64,000 nt of DNA from an uncultured Candidatus Saccharibacteria bacterium (GTDB lineage: Bacteria; Patescibacteriota; Dojkabacteria; SC72): contig CAYOEG010000001.1 of NCBI GenBank assembly GCA_964403155.1, positions 21,550 to 85,549 on the forward strand, written 5' to 3'. The notes below the pieces were generated by a model. That model ran no database searches. It saw only the letters and a program-made list of their open reading frames with translations, and had not been told where the DNA came from. Positions 50,560 to 60,448 of the stretch are shown here, piece after piece; position 1 is the stretch's first letter, and every line of letters starts with the position of its first letter. The position numbers were made by a program, and so were the translations under genes.

Positions 50560-52377
50560 TTACTCTTTTGACACTCTCATTACTTCCTCAATCGTGGTAA
50601 TACCTTCTAGTGCCTTAAGGTAACCATCTTCCAACATAGTTAGCATTCCTTGTTCTTGAGCAACTTTCTCAATATCTTTATCCGTAACACTCTGCATCAT
50701 CATCCTACTGATTTTGTCATTGACATCTAGAACCTCAAAAATGCCGATTCTTCCAGAATATCCTGTCCCTCCACATTTATCACAGCCTTTGCCTCGATAG
50801 AGGTAGAAGACAGGTTGTCCATCCGGTCCTACTTCTGGAGGTCTAAACACGGGAGGTCTTTTTACGAAATTAGATTCTGTTTCATTATTACCTGCATTCG
50901 CAACTCTCGATAGATATTGCACGATATCGAAATTAGGGATACTGCTTAATTCTTCTTGAATATCCTTAACTAATTCTGGTGTCGCTTGATATGCCTCAAT
51001 ACAATGCTCACATACCTTCCTAGGCAATCTTTGTGCTGCAATAGTTCTGATTGTAGAAGAAAGAAGATATGGTTCTATACCCATGTCCAAAAGTCTTGGT
51101 ATAGCTGCTGCTGCACTATTTGTGTGCAGAGTAGAAAGAACCAAGTGACCCGTTAGAGAAGCTTGGACAGCTAACTGTGCTGTTTCTTGATCACGGATTT
51201 CACCGACCATAACGATGTCAGGGTCTTGTCTTAGCACGGATCGTAAACCTGTTGCGAAAGTTAAACCAGCATCTGGATTGATCTGTACCTGAGTAACACC
51301 TGGGACACGGATTTCAACAGGGTTTTCCAATGATATGATATTTACTTTAGAGTCATTTACCTTCATAAGGGAACATGCCAATGTACGAGTCTTACCACTA
51401 CCTGTAGGTCCCGTAACCAAGACAATACCATTGGTTACAGACAGGCCATCCAAAAATAGCTTGTATGCATGGCCTCTGAGACCAGTAGCCTCTAAAGTAA
51501 TACCCGCAGTATCTGATTCTAGAAGACGCATAACTACTTTTTCTCCATATATCGTCGGCATAGTAGATACACGCAAGTCTATCTTTACACCATTGACTTT
51601 AATTGGGAATCTTCCATCTTGAGGAATACGTTTTTCATCAATTTTTAAGTTAGAAAGAATTTTAACTCTGGATATAATTGCGGGATTTAGAGTAGGGGGA
51701 AGCGTTAGTCTTTCTGTCATAACACCATTGATTCTGAATCTTACCCGAGTCTTCTTTTCCATTGGTTCAATATGGATATCTGAAGCTTTGGATATTGCAG
51801 CATATTGAAGGATGGCATTCACTATTCTTGCGATAGGGGCAGCAGCCAAATCTCCGCTTGCCAAAATATTGGGGTCCTCATTTATCTCTGTAACTGGCAT
51901 CTCCACATCTTCCAAAGCAGCAGTTACCTCCGTACTCATTGTTTCTCCAACTCTTCGATCCAGGATATATCCTATGCTATCTGGAGTTGTAATATACACT
52001 TGTATTTTTGTTCCAGTCGGATATTTTCTCTGCAAAGCCTGTGTCGCTTGGATATCAAATGGATCCTGCATTGCAATCTTTACAAAATCCTGACCTCTTT
52101 CAAATGGCACCGCACGATATTTCTGTAGTGCATCAACACTAACCTCAGCAATTATGCTTTCTTGGATAGTAATTGTCTTAAGATCTACATATGGGATTCC
52201 GAATATTTCTGCTTTAGCTTGAGCTATCTGCTCTTCGTTAGCCAACACTAACTCCCTGATTATGACTTCCTCGCTTTTTTGGCTACGACTACGTTCAACT
52301 AGAACTTTTCTAGCATCGTCTTCTTTTATAATTCCCTTTGCTTGGAAATATTTTAGGAGTGAGCTTCCTGTGACCAT
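50560..52377 (-). CDS. pilB: type IV pilus assembly ATPase PilB (GspE family)
   Basis: N-terminal T2SSE_N domain, Walker A GPTGSGKT and C-terminal CxxC..CxxC (CDKCGGTG). Confidence 0.9.
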   Translation of the reverse strand: MVTGSSLLKYFQAKGIIKEDDARKVLVERSRSQKSEEVIIRELVLANEEQIAQAKAEIFGIPYVDLKTITIQESIIAEVSVDALQKYRAVPFERGQDFVKIAMQDPFDIQATQALQRKYPTGTKIQVYITTPDSIGYILDRRVGETMSTEVTAALEDVEMPVTEINEDPNILASGDLAAAPIARIVNAILQYAAISKASDIHIEPMEKKTRVRFRINGVMTERLTLPPTLNPAIISRVKILSNLKIDEKRIPQDGRFPIKVNGVKIDLRVSTMPTIYGEKVVMRLLESDTAGITLEATGLRGHAYKLFLDGLSVTNGIVLVTGPTGSGKTRTLACSLMKVNDSKVNIISLENPVEIRVPGVTQVQINPDAGLTFATGLRSVLRQDPDIVMVGEIRDQETAQLAVQASLTGHLVLSTLHTNSAAAAIPRLLDMGIEPYLLSSTIRTIAAQRLPRKVCEHCIEAYQATPELVKDIQEELSSIPNFDIVQYLSRVANAGNNETESNFVKRPPVFRPPEVGPDGQPVFYLYRGKGCDKCGGTGYSGRIGIFEVLDVNDKISRMMMQSVTDKDIEKVAQEQGMLTMLEDGYLKALEGITTIEEVMRVSKE

Positions 52378-52464
52378 TTGGGCAGTTATATTCGATTATG
52401 TAATACTCATTCAGTTTATGATAATAGAGGAGGGGAGTCAATAAATATACTAGTTTGATATTGG

Positions 52465-52484
52465 GGGCAGACCTAGGTCTGCCC
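52465..52484. promoter_or_regulatory. GC-rich perfect palindrome GGGCAGACC-ta-GGTCTGCCC in divergent promoter region
   Basis: Seen directly. 9-bp arms, unusually GC-rich for this genome. Confidence 0.45.
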
Positions 52485-52506
52485 TGAGCATATGGTAGAA
52501 TGAGAT

Positions 52507-53199
52507 ATGACATACCTCTTGATCAGTAAAGATAATCAAACACAAGCAGAATATTTAAAACCATTCCTTTCGGGGATATTAGAAAAAGATATCCTTGAAA
52601 TTCAAGAATCTCCAGATATACACATACTTGATAGGCGAGAGGAGAACAGTATTGGTATAGAGGATGTAAAAGATTTTCTAAAGGAGATGATTTACAAGCC
52701 TTTCAATGGAGAGAGGCAGATTGCAATAATATATGAAGCAGAGAAACTCACACCACAAGCCCAAAATTCGCTATTAAAAACACTCGAAGAGAGCAACGAC
52801 GACACGATATATATATTGTGCGTAGACAATGAAAAGAATGTTTTACCAACGATATATTCTAGATCGAAGCCAGTATATATTGCGCAAGAATACAAAGCAC
52901 AGGAAGTAATTTCAAAACCACAGATTTTCGATATGGATCTCGTTGAACAGTTTAATCATATTGATGTAATATCTAAAGGAAAGCAGGCATGTTTAGAGTT
53001 TTTAGACTCTATTGAGACATATATTAAAACAGAACTTGAAAAGGAAATAAAAAATGATAATATTAATAGCTCTAGAGTAATATCAGAGCGATTGAAAGAG
53101 ATACAAGATACAAGAGAAAAAATAAATAGTAATTGTAACAAAAAGCTTGTATTGGAGGCATTAGTTATATCTCTAAATGCTTCACATTTTCACCCATAA
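52507..53199 (+). CDS. holB: DNA polymerase III delta'-like subunit (lacks P-loop)
   Basis: NSLLKTLEES and IYSRSK (the sensor SRC-like motif) are present. There is no Walker A. It is short (230 aa). Confidence 0.5.
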   Translation: MTYLLISKDNQTQAEYLKPFLSGILEKDILEIQESPDIHILDRREENSIGIEDVKDFLKEMIYKPFNGERQIAIIYEAEKLTPQAQNSLLKTLEESNDDTIYILCVDNEKNVLPTIYSRSKPVYIAQEYKAQEVISKPQIFDMDLVEQFNHIDVISKGKQACLEFLDSIETYIKTELEKEIKNDNINSSRVISERLKEIQDTREKINSNCNKKLVLEALVISLNASHFHP

Positions 53200-53254
53200 A
53201 GGGTAAAATATAGGGTATTTTGAACCAGTAAATTAAATTGCAAAAATCAGATTA

Positions 53255-55165
53255 ATGGTAAAGAAGGACGAGTACGGAGCATCAAATATTCAAGTATTAA
53301 AAGGATTAGAGGCCGTAAGAAAAAGGCCAGCAATGTACATCGGTTCTACTGATAAATTTGGGTTACACCATATTTTCACTGAAATTTTGGATAACTCTGT
53401 TGATGAAGCAATTGCAGGATATTGTTCACATATCTGGGTAACATTTAATAAGGACGGATCTCTAACTGTAAAAGATAATGCGCGAGGTATTCCAGTAGCA
53501 ATTCACCCAGAAACAAAGGTCTCCACACTTGAAACCGTTATGACTAATCTTCATGCAGGAGGGAAATTTGATTCAACCGCATACAAAGTATCAGGTGGTT
53601 TACATGGTGTTGGTATGAAATGTACAAATGCACTTTCAGAATGGATGGTGACAACTGTTCGAAGAGATGGTGGCATATTTCAACAAAGATACGAAAGAGG
53701 TGTCCCTGTAGCACCAGTAAAGCAGATTGGTGAATCTACTGAAACAGGAACAGAACATACGTTTAAACCAGACAATGAGATATTTAATACTATCGAGTTT
53801 GATTTTCATACTATTGTTAAAAGTTGTAGACAACATGCATATTTAACAGCAGGATTGAGGATTTCTGTGATAGACGATAGAGGAGAAAAACCAAAGACAT
53901 ACGATGTATATTTCGAAGATGGTATTAAATCATATGTACAGTTCTTAGTAGTTGATGAGAAACCTATTGGCGGAGAGCCATTCTACATGAACAAAACCGA
54001 CGAAGGAGTAGTCGTAGAAATTGCAATGCAATACACTGATAGTCTAGAAGAGGATGTTCGTTGCTATACCAACAACATTACCAATCCAGAGGGTGGTACT
54101 CATTTAGTTGGTTTTAGAACAGCTTTAACTAGCGCTCTCAATTCATACGCTCAGAAATCAGAACTCCTAAAGGGGTTGAATAGCGGATTAAGTGGTGATG
54201 ATGTAAGAGAAGGATTGACAGCAGTTATTTCCGTAAAAGTTCCAGATCCTCAGTTTGAGGGGCAAACTAAAATCAAATTGAATAATCCTGAAGTAAAGAG
54301 TATTGTCGCTAGAGTTGTAAGAGATGAATTACTGACATATTTAGAAGAGCACCCGCAAGAAGCGAAATCCATTATCGGAAAAGCTGTTCTTTCTAATAAA
54401 GCAAAAGCTGCAGCAAAGGCTGCGAGAGATGCTGTTATTAGAAAAAGCGCGTTAGAAACAACAACACTGCCAGGTAAACTGTCTGATTGTAGTAGTAAAG
54501 ATCCATCCGAAAGTGAGCTATTCATAGTAGAGGGAGATTCAGCAGGTGGAAGTGCAAAACAGGGTAGGGATAGACATATTCAAGCTATACTCCCACTTAG
54601 GGGGAAAATTTTAAATACACACAAGTATAGAGTAGATAGAGTATTAACAAATGAAGAGTTTAACAATATTACAACGGCACTTGGTGTTGGTATTGGCGAT
54701 AGCTTGGATGTAAAGAAATTGAGATATCACAAGATCATAATCATGAGCGATGCAGATGTTGATGGTTTACATATTACAGACTTAGTATTGACCTTACTAT
54801 TCAGATTCTTCAGACCATTAATAGAGCAAGGTTATGTGTATGTTGCTCAACCTCCTCTACATAAGGTAGAGATTGGAAAGAAAAAATACTACTTCCTAAG
54901 TGATGGAGAAAAGGATGATTTTGTTAAAGAAGCGAAGAAGGAAGGGAAGGTTCCTGTTGCAAATAGATTTAAAGGTTTGGGAGAGATGAATCCAGATCAG
55001 TTATGGGAGACTACTATGGATCCACAGAGAAGGGTGCTAAAGAGAGTACATATTGAAGATGCAGAAGAAGCTGAGAAGACATTTGAAATGCTTATGGGTA
55101 ATGAGGTTCCTCCTAGAAGGAGATTTATTCAGACTTATGCTACTAAAGCTAATTTAGATATTTAA
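53255..55165 (+). CDS. gyrB: DNA gyrase subunit B
   Basis: GLEAVRKRPAMYIGST, GHKL ATPase and Toprim motifs (EGDSAGG). Confidence 0.9.
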   Translation: MVKKDEYGASNIQVLKGLEAVRKRPAMYIGSTDKFGLHHIFTEILDNSVDEAIAGYCSHIWVTFNKDGSLTVKDNARGIPVAIHPETKVSTLETVMTNLHAGGKFDSTAYKVSGGLHGVGMKCTNALSEWMVTTVRRDGGIFQQRYERGVPVAPVKQIGESTETGTEHTFKPDNEIFNTIEFDFHTIVKSCRQHAYLTAGLRISVIDDRGEKPKTYDVYFEDGIKSYVQFLVVDEKPIGGEPFYMNKTDEGVVVEIAMQYTDSLEEDVRCYTNNITNPEGGTHLVGFRTALTSALNSYAQKSELLKGLNSGLSGDDVREGLTAVISVKVPDPQFEGQTKIKLNNPEVKSIVARVVRDELLTYLEEHPQEAKSIIGKAVLSNKAKAAAKAARDAVIRKSALETTTLPGKLSDCSSKDPSESELFIVEGDSAGGSAKQGRDRHIQAILPLRGKILNTHKYRVDRVLTNEEFNNITTALGVGIGDSLDVKKLRYHKIIIMSDADVDGLHITDLVLTLLFRFFRPLIEQGYVYVAQPPLHKVEIGKKKYYFLSDGEKDDFVKEAKKEGKVPVANRFKGLGEMNPDQLWETTMDPQRRVLKRVHIEDAEEAEKTFEMLMGNEVPPRRRFIQTYATKANLDI

Positions 55166-55183
55166 ATTTTTTATCTTTATATT

Positions 55184-55600
55184 ATGAATTTTTCACAAAC
55201 AGAATCTGACAGTATGGGTACAGAATCGACACCCGAATACAAACTCCTTTACGATACACATCTAGCTACGGAAAGAGGGGTAAACACAGATCAGATAATT
55301 GGAGCATTAAGCGAAGATCCGAATCAAGCACCGTATAAAGTTCTTACTTATGTTAAAGAACAAGGTTTCCTTATCTCTATCTCTGAAGATCCGACATTAC
55401 CAAATAACCTCCAAGCAAATTTCATAGATAATGTGAATACTCCACACGGAAGTATTCTCCTCGCAAGAACTGAGAATAAAGAAGATGCGGCACGTCATTT
55501 TAAAATAGAAGATAAGACATTTAATACTCTAACGTCTTTGATTATAGACCCCGATGTCGCTAAAGCTAATGTAGAAACAAAACTAGGACACGCACGCTAA
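55184..55600 (+). CDS. hypothetical protein between gyrB and gyrA
   Basis: 138-aa ORF with no recognisable family. Confidence 0.4.
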   Translation: MNFSQTESDSMGTESTPEYKLLYDTHLATERGVNTDQIIGALSEDPNQAPYKVLTYVKEQGFLISISEDPTLPNNLQANFIDNVNTPHGSILLARTENKEDAARHFKIEDKTFNTLTSLIIDPDVAKANVETKLGHAR

Positions 55601-55604
55601 AACC

Positions 55605-58358
55605 ATGTCAGACGAAGAATTAAAAACCAAAATTGAAGAAACAACACAACCGGAATCTGTACAAGAGGAAAGTGGTGATATAGATTTTAACCTATCATTC
55701 AAACCAGGAGAGATAGCAGAACGCTCTATCGTGGATGAAATGAAGTCTAATTATATAGACTACTCTATGTCCGTCATTGTCTCTCGTGCATTACCAGAAG
55801 TGAAAGATGGTCTTAAACCATCTCAAAGAAGAATTCTCGTCGCAATGAATGACTTGGCCTTAACACCAAGTGCACACTACAGAAAATGTGCAAAGATCGC
55901 AGGTGATACATCAGGTAACTACCATCCACACGGAGAAGTAGTCATATACCCAACACTTGTAAAATTAGCACAAGACTTCTCCACAAGATATCAATTAGTA
56001 GATGGCCAAGGAAACTTTGGCTCAATCGATGGTGATGGTGCAGCAGCAATGAGATACACAGAGGCAAGAATGGGTAAGATGACAATGGAATTGCTTAGAG
56101 ATTTGAATAAAGGAACTGTAACCTTTGTACCAAACTATGATGGGACAAGATTAGAACCAACAGTACTTCCAGCCGCATTTCCAAATGTATTAGCAAATGG
56201 TGGTGATGGTATCGCAGTCGGTATGGCAACTAAGATTCCTCCTCACAACCTTAAGGAGCTAATCACTGCTTTGCAGGAGATGATAAAGCTTGGGAATACA
56301 TGGGAAGGCAATGCCGTTTACAATGATTTAAGAAAAACGAAAGAGGCAAAGGAAGTAATCCCACAGACATTGAGTTCCAAACCTGAAGATTACTATGAAA
56401 GCTATATAGATACTAATGATCTTGACTATCACAATACCCTTAAAGAACTCAGAGAGAAGATCACATTAGAGAACAACGTTTTGTACCCAGAATTTAAGTC
56501 CGATATTACACCGTCAGATTTGATTGAAATTATTCCAGGACCAGATTTTCCAACAGGTGGAATCATCTATGATCAGAAAGAAATTCTTAATGCGTATGCT
56601 ACTGGAAGAGGAAGAATATTACAGAGAGCAAAAGCTTCAATCGTAGAGGGAAAGCAAGGAAGATTTAATATTGTTGTAACAGAGATACCATTCCAGGTAA
56701 ACAAAGCACATATGATTGAAAAGATCGCAGATCTTGTCAAAGAAAAGAAATTGGAAGGAATTGCAGATATTAGAGATGAATCTAACCGAGAAGGTTTAAG
56801 AGTCGTCATCGTACTCAAGAAAGATGCTCAACCCAAAGCTGTATTAAACAAACTTTACAAATACACAGAGATGCAAAAGGTCTTCAATGCAAACATGATT
56901 GCATTGGTAGATCAACAACCTAAGACATTACCATTAAAGAGAATTTTAGAGCTATTCCTTTCTTTCAGACTAACAGTAACAATTAGGAGATATGAGTTTG
57001 ATTTAGCAGATGCAAGATTTAGAGCACATATATTAGAAGGCTTGCTTAAGGCCTTAGATCTTTTAGACGAGGTCATTGCAACAATTCGTGGATCTAAGAC
57101 TCAGGAAACTGCAAAAACCAACCTTATGGACAAGTTTAAATTCACGGATGTACAAGCACAAGCCATCTTGGATATGCAGTTAAGAAGATTAGCTGCACTT
57201 GAGAGAATGAAATTGGAGAATGAGTACAAGGAATTACAAGAGAATATTAAAACATACAATGAGATATTGGGTGATCAATCCAAGATTCTTGAGATTATTA
57301 ACACCGACTTAGAAGAGATCAAGACCAAACATGGAGATGACAGAAGAACAAAAGTTGTGAAAGGAAAGATTGATGAAATCTCCGAAGAAGATATGGTCGC
57401 ATCCGAGGACACCTTGGTCACAATTACACACACCGGATATGTTAAGCGATTACCACCTGATACATACAAATCACAAAAGCGCGGTGGAAAAGGTGTAAAT
57501 GGAGGGGATACAAAAGAAGGTGATTTCATAGAACACGCCTTCTTGTGTAATACACATGACGAGCTTCTTCTTTTTTCAAACAAGGGAAGGGTCTTCAATT
57601 TGAGAATATTTGAAATACCTGAATATGGGAGAACTGCAAAAGGATTACCACTTGTAAACCTAATACAGCTAGAACCTGATGAGATTGTGACTTCTGTATT
57701 AACTAGAAATCCAAAGGGCGATATCTCTACAAATACCGAGGGAGATTCTGTTAAGTACAAATACTTCTTAATGGTAACAGATAAAGGAACCATCAAAAAG
57801 ACAGAATTGGCGGAATTTGCAAAGATAAGATCTAATGGACTAACTGCTATCAAACTTGCTGCTGGTGACCAACTTTCATGGGTTAAGCCAACCACAGGAG
57901 AGGATGAGGTTTTGATTGTTACTGCAGAAGGTAAATCCGTAAGATTCAAGGAATCAGATGTAAGACCAATGGGTAGAAACACAATGGGTGTTACTGCTAT
58001 CAAATTCAAGTCCCAAACAGACTGTGTATCTGGAGTAGGGATAGTAAAAAATGATGAAATGAAGGTGCTTACACTTTCAGAAAATGGTTTTGGCAAGATG
58101 TCCTTACTTAAAGACTATCCATTACAAAAACGAGCGGGAACAGGCGTCTTTACATTTAGAGTAACTCCTAAGACAGGTAGAGTATCTACAGCAAGGATTA
58201 TTGAGCCAGATCAAGAAGAGATTGTTGTAATATCAGAGAAATCTAAGGTTATACGATCTGAACTTAAAGCAGTGCCTACGCTTGGGAGACAGACATCTGG
58301 TGTAAAGGTGATGCATTTAGATAATGAGGATAGGGTGGTGACAGTAGCACTGTTATAG
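55605..58358 (+). CDS. gyrA: DNA gyrase subunit A (with ~70-aa insertion)
   Basis: YSMSVIVSRALPEVKDGLKPSQRRIL and the catalytic Tyr region (AAAMRYTE). There is an insertion before GPDFPTGG. C-terminal beta-pinwheel repeats. Confidence 0.9.
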   Translation: MSDEELKTKIEETTQPESVQEESGDIDFNLSFKPGEIAERSIVDEMKSNYIDYSMSVIVSRALPEVKDGLKPSQRRILVAMNDLALTPSAHYRKCAKIAGDTSGNYHPHGEVVIYPTLVKLAQDFSTRYQLVDGQGNFGSIDGDGAAAMRYTEARMGKMTMELLRDLNKGTVTFVPNYDGTRLEPTVLPAAFPNVLANGGDGIAVGMATKIPPHNLKELITALQEMIKLGNTWEGNAVYNDLRKTKEAKEVIPQTLSSKPEDYYESYIDTNDLDYHNTLKELREKITLENNVLYPEFKSDITPSDLIEIIPGPDFPTGGIIYDQKEILNAYATGRGRILQRAKASIVEGKQGRFNIVVTEIPFQVNKAHMIEKIADLVKEKKLEGIADIRDESNREGLRVVIVLKKDAQPKAVLNKLYKYTEMQKVFNANMIALVDQQPKTLPLKRILELFLSFRLTVTIRRYEFDLADARFRAHILEGLLKALDLLDEVIATIRGSKTQETAKTNLMDKFKFTDVQAQAILDMQLRRLAALERMKLENEYKELQENIKTYNEILGDQSKILEIINTDLEEIKTKHGDDRRTKVVKGKIDEISEEDMVASEDTLVTITHTGYVKRLPPDTYKSQKRGGKGVNGGDTKEGDFIEHAFLCNTHDELLLFSNKGRVFNLRIFEIPEYGRTAKGLPLVNLIQLEPDEIVTSVLTRNPKGDISTNTEGDSVKYKYFLMVTDKGTIKKTELAEFAKIRSNGLTAIKLAAGDQLSWVKPTTGEDEVLIVTAEGKSVRFKESDVRPMGRNTMGVTAIKFKSQTDCVSGVGIVKNDEMKVLTLSENGFGKMSLLKDYPLQKRAGTGVFTFRVTPKTGRVSTARIIEPDQEEIVVISEKSKVIRSELKAVPTLGRQTSGVKVMHLDNEDRVVTVALL

Positions 58359-58571
58359 AATCCTGACAATCTTAAATTTCTTTACCTGGTTATTCTCTAC
58401 AGCAATTGAGACCTGTTCGTTTAACTGATCGTATGTGATATTTGAAGGATATTTTATATTCCCTCTCTCGATCTGCTTAATAATATACTCGAGCTTTTTG
58501 TTCATAAGCTCCATGTTAAGAGCCATCTTTTTGATATCAATCATTTTTGATACTCCTAACAATTTATACAC
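58353..58571 (-). CDS. hypothetical small protein
   Basis: 72-aa ORF, weak. Confidence 0.25.
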   Translation of the reverse strand: MYKLLGVSKMIDIKKMALNMELMNKKLEYIIKQIERGNIKYPSNITYDQLNEQVSIAVENNQVKKFKIVRIL

Positions 58572-58654
58572 TTTAAGTATATTCCTTTGAAAATATATTT
58601 CATGACCGAAAATATGATATACACACCTTGTAATATTTTAGGATATAATGGGGG

Positions 58655-59446
58655 ATGAGAACTGCGCTTTTGGCTGTTGTAGCCTTTCTATCAACCTCTT
58701 TGAGACTATCTCCTGAAACTGCAACCACTATTAATATCTCGGATCAAGGAAATAACAACTTACCAGTAAACCAGCAGATTGTGGAATACACACTTAGTAC
58801 AGAAGTTAAGCCCATAAAAGCTTCAAGCGGGGGTATAAGGTGGTGGGGATATCCAGCAACTATATTAGAAGCAACTAGAAGTGGGGAGGATCTATTAGTT
58901 TTAGTTAATAAAGAATACAAGCTACCACAATCATATACACCTTCTGATTTAGTATTAGCTAGTAATGCAGGCATTAGAAGGGGAGGTAGCTACTATCTGA
59001 GATCCATATTAATAGATGACCTTAGAAATATGGTTAATGCTGCTATAGCAGATTCGATCGATCTAAGTATGGTATCGGGATACAGATCATACAGTACACA
59101 GGCTAGTACATATAACTATTGGGTAAGTGTTAATGGGCAGGATGGGGGAGATAAGATTTCTGCAAGACCTGGCCATAGCCAACATCAGTTGGGGACTGCG
59201 ATTGATTTTAGTAGTAGCGAGGTGTCAGATGGATTGGGTGGGAGTTTTTATACTACAAAGGCTGCAGCATGGTTGTATGAAAATTCATGGAAGTATGGTT
59301 TTGTTATTAGTTATCCTTCTGGTTACGAAGCAGTAACAGGATATAGTTATGAGAGTTGGCATTACAGATATATTGGGATTGCGAATGCAAAAGAGATGCA
59401 TGATAGTGGTATGATATTAGAATTATATTTGAGGAGTAAGAACTAA
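58655..59446 (+). CDS. D-alanyl-D-alanine carboxypeptidase, VanY/M15B family
   Basis: SGYRSY, zinc ligands GHSQHQLGTAIDF, and ESWHYRY. Confidence 0.8.
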   Translation: MRTALLAVVAFLSTSLRLSPETATTINISDQGNNNLPVNQQIVEYTLSTEVKPIKASSGGIRWWGYPATILEATRSGEDLLVLVNKEYKLPQSYTPSDLVLASNAGIRRGGSYYLRSILIDDLRNMVNAAIADSIDLSMVSGYRSYSTQASTYNYWVSVNGQDGGDKISARPGHSQHQLGTAIDFSSSEVSDGLGGSFYTTKAAAWLYENSWKYGFVISYPSGYEAVTGYSYESWHYRYIGIANAKEMHDSGMILELYLRSKN

Positions 59447-59448
59447 CT

Positions 59449-60093
59449 ATGAAAAATCTCAAACCGCAAAGTTTACTATCAAAGGTCAGCAATATCTATG
59501 TAATCCTAGGCTTTGTATTCATAACAGGAGCATTAGCCTTGATCGCGACTCCAATAATGCCATATATCATATACAGGATTAATCCTGGAGAAACAACAAA
59601 CGAGGTAGAGAAGATATCACAACCAGTTGCTGATAACAATGAAATAAAAGGAGATAATACAAAAACTTTGCCACAATTAGATTCAACGCTTCCAGAAAAA
59701 CCATATGTTCGGATAGGTAAGATAAGTGTTGATTCTCCAATCTCTACAGCTTCTGATTATACCGAAGCATTGAAACAAGGGACATGGCTTGTATCTGGGT
59801 ATGGGACTCCAGAGAACGGAATTTCTCCAATAATCTTAGCCGCACATAGATTTGGATATGTATACTGGGATAATGCAACAAGAGAAAGAATATCATTTTT
59901 TAATCTACCTAAAACACACGAAGGAGATACGATAGATATAATATGGAACCAAAGAAAATATAGCTATGAGATATACCATGAAGAGGAAGGAACACAAATC
60001 ACAGATTACTCCGCAGATCTCATTTTATATACTTGCAAATACTTTAATTCTCCTACAAGGATTTTTAGATATGCCAGGTGGGTAGTCCCATAG
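59449..60093 (+). CDS. sortase-like transpeptidase (second paralog)
   Basis: N-terminal TM, His in ILAAHRFGY, Cys in LILYTCKYF and Arg in RIFRYARW. Confidence 0.55.
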   Translation: MKNLKPQSLLSKVSNIYVILGFVFITGALALIATPIMPYIIYRINPGETTNEVEKISQPVADNNEIKGDNTKTLPQLDSTLPEKPYVRIGKISVDSPISTASDYTEALKQGTWLVSGYGTPENGISPIILAAHRFGYVYWDNATRERISFFNLPKTHEGDTIDIIWNQRKYSYEIYHEEEGTQITDYSADLILYTCKYFNSPTRIFRYARWVVP

Positions 60094-60144
60094 TATTTAC
60101 AATATAGGGTGCAACTGATATAATATTCTCAGATTTAAGTTAAG

Positions 60145-60390
60145 TTGCCCTTAAAAATGAGAAAACTTTTATCAGTTCTATCTACTGTAGTTATTCTCTC
60201 CATTTCGAACATTACAATGGTATTAGCCGATGGCAATCCTTATGGTCCTTATGAACCACACAAACCTATTGATACTGGTTTTGAGGATACAGGGGTATTT
60301 TACATCTTGGCTGGTATCGTATTTGTTTTAGGAATGGGTTTCCTAACTACAGCTAAAATCTTGAAGGCTAAGCTTTCCTTACAAAAGTAA
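60145..60390 (+). CDS. small exported protein with C-terminal TM plus basic tail (candidate minimal sortase substrate)
   Basis: Signal peptide ..MVLA. A short mature segment DGNPYGPYEPHKPIDTGFEDTG is followed by a hydrophobic helix and KILKAKLSLQK. Confidence 0.4.
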   Translation: MPLKMRKLLSVLSTVVILSISNITMVLADGNPYGPYEPHKPIDTGFEDTGVFYILAGIVFVLGMGFLTTAKILKAKLSLQK

Positions 60391-60394
60391 GGAA

Positions 60395-60411
60395 AGCCCC
60401 TTCGAGGGGCC
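60395..60411 (+). terminator. GC-rich hairpin after small exported protein gene
   Basis: GCCCC-ttcga-GGGGC. There is no clear U-tract. Confidence 0.35.
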
Positions 60412-60448
60412 GACGGCCTAAATCTCACTATTATTTAAATACATATAT

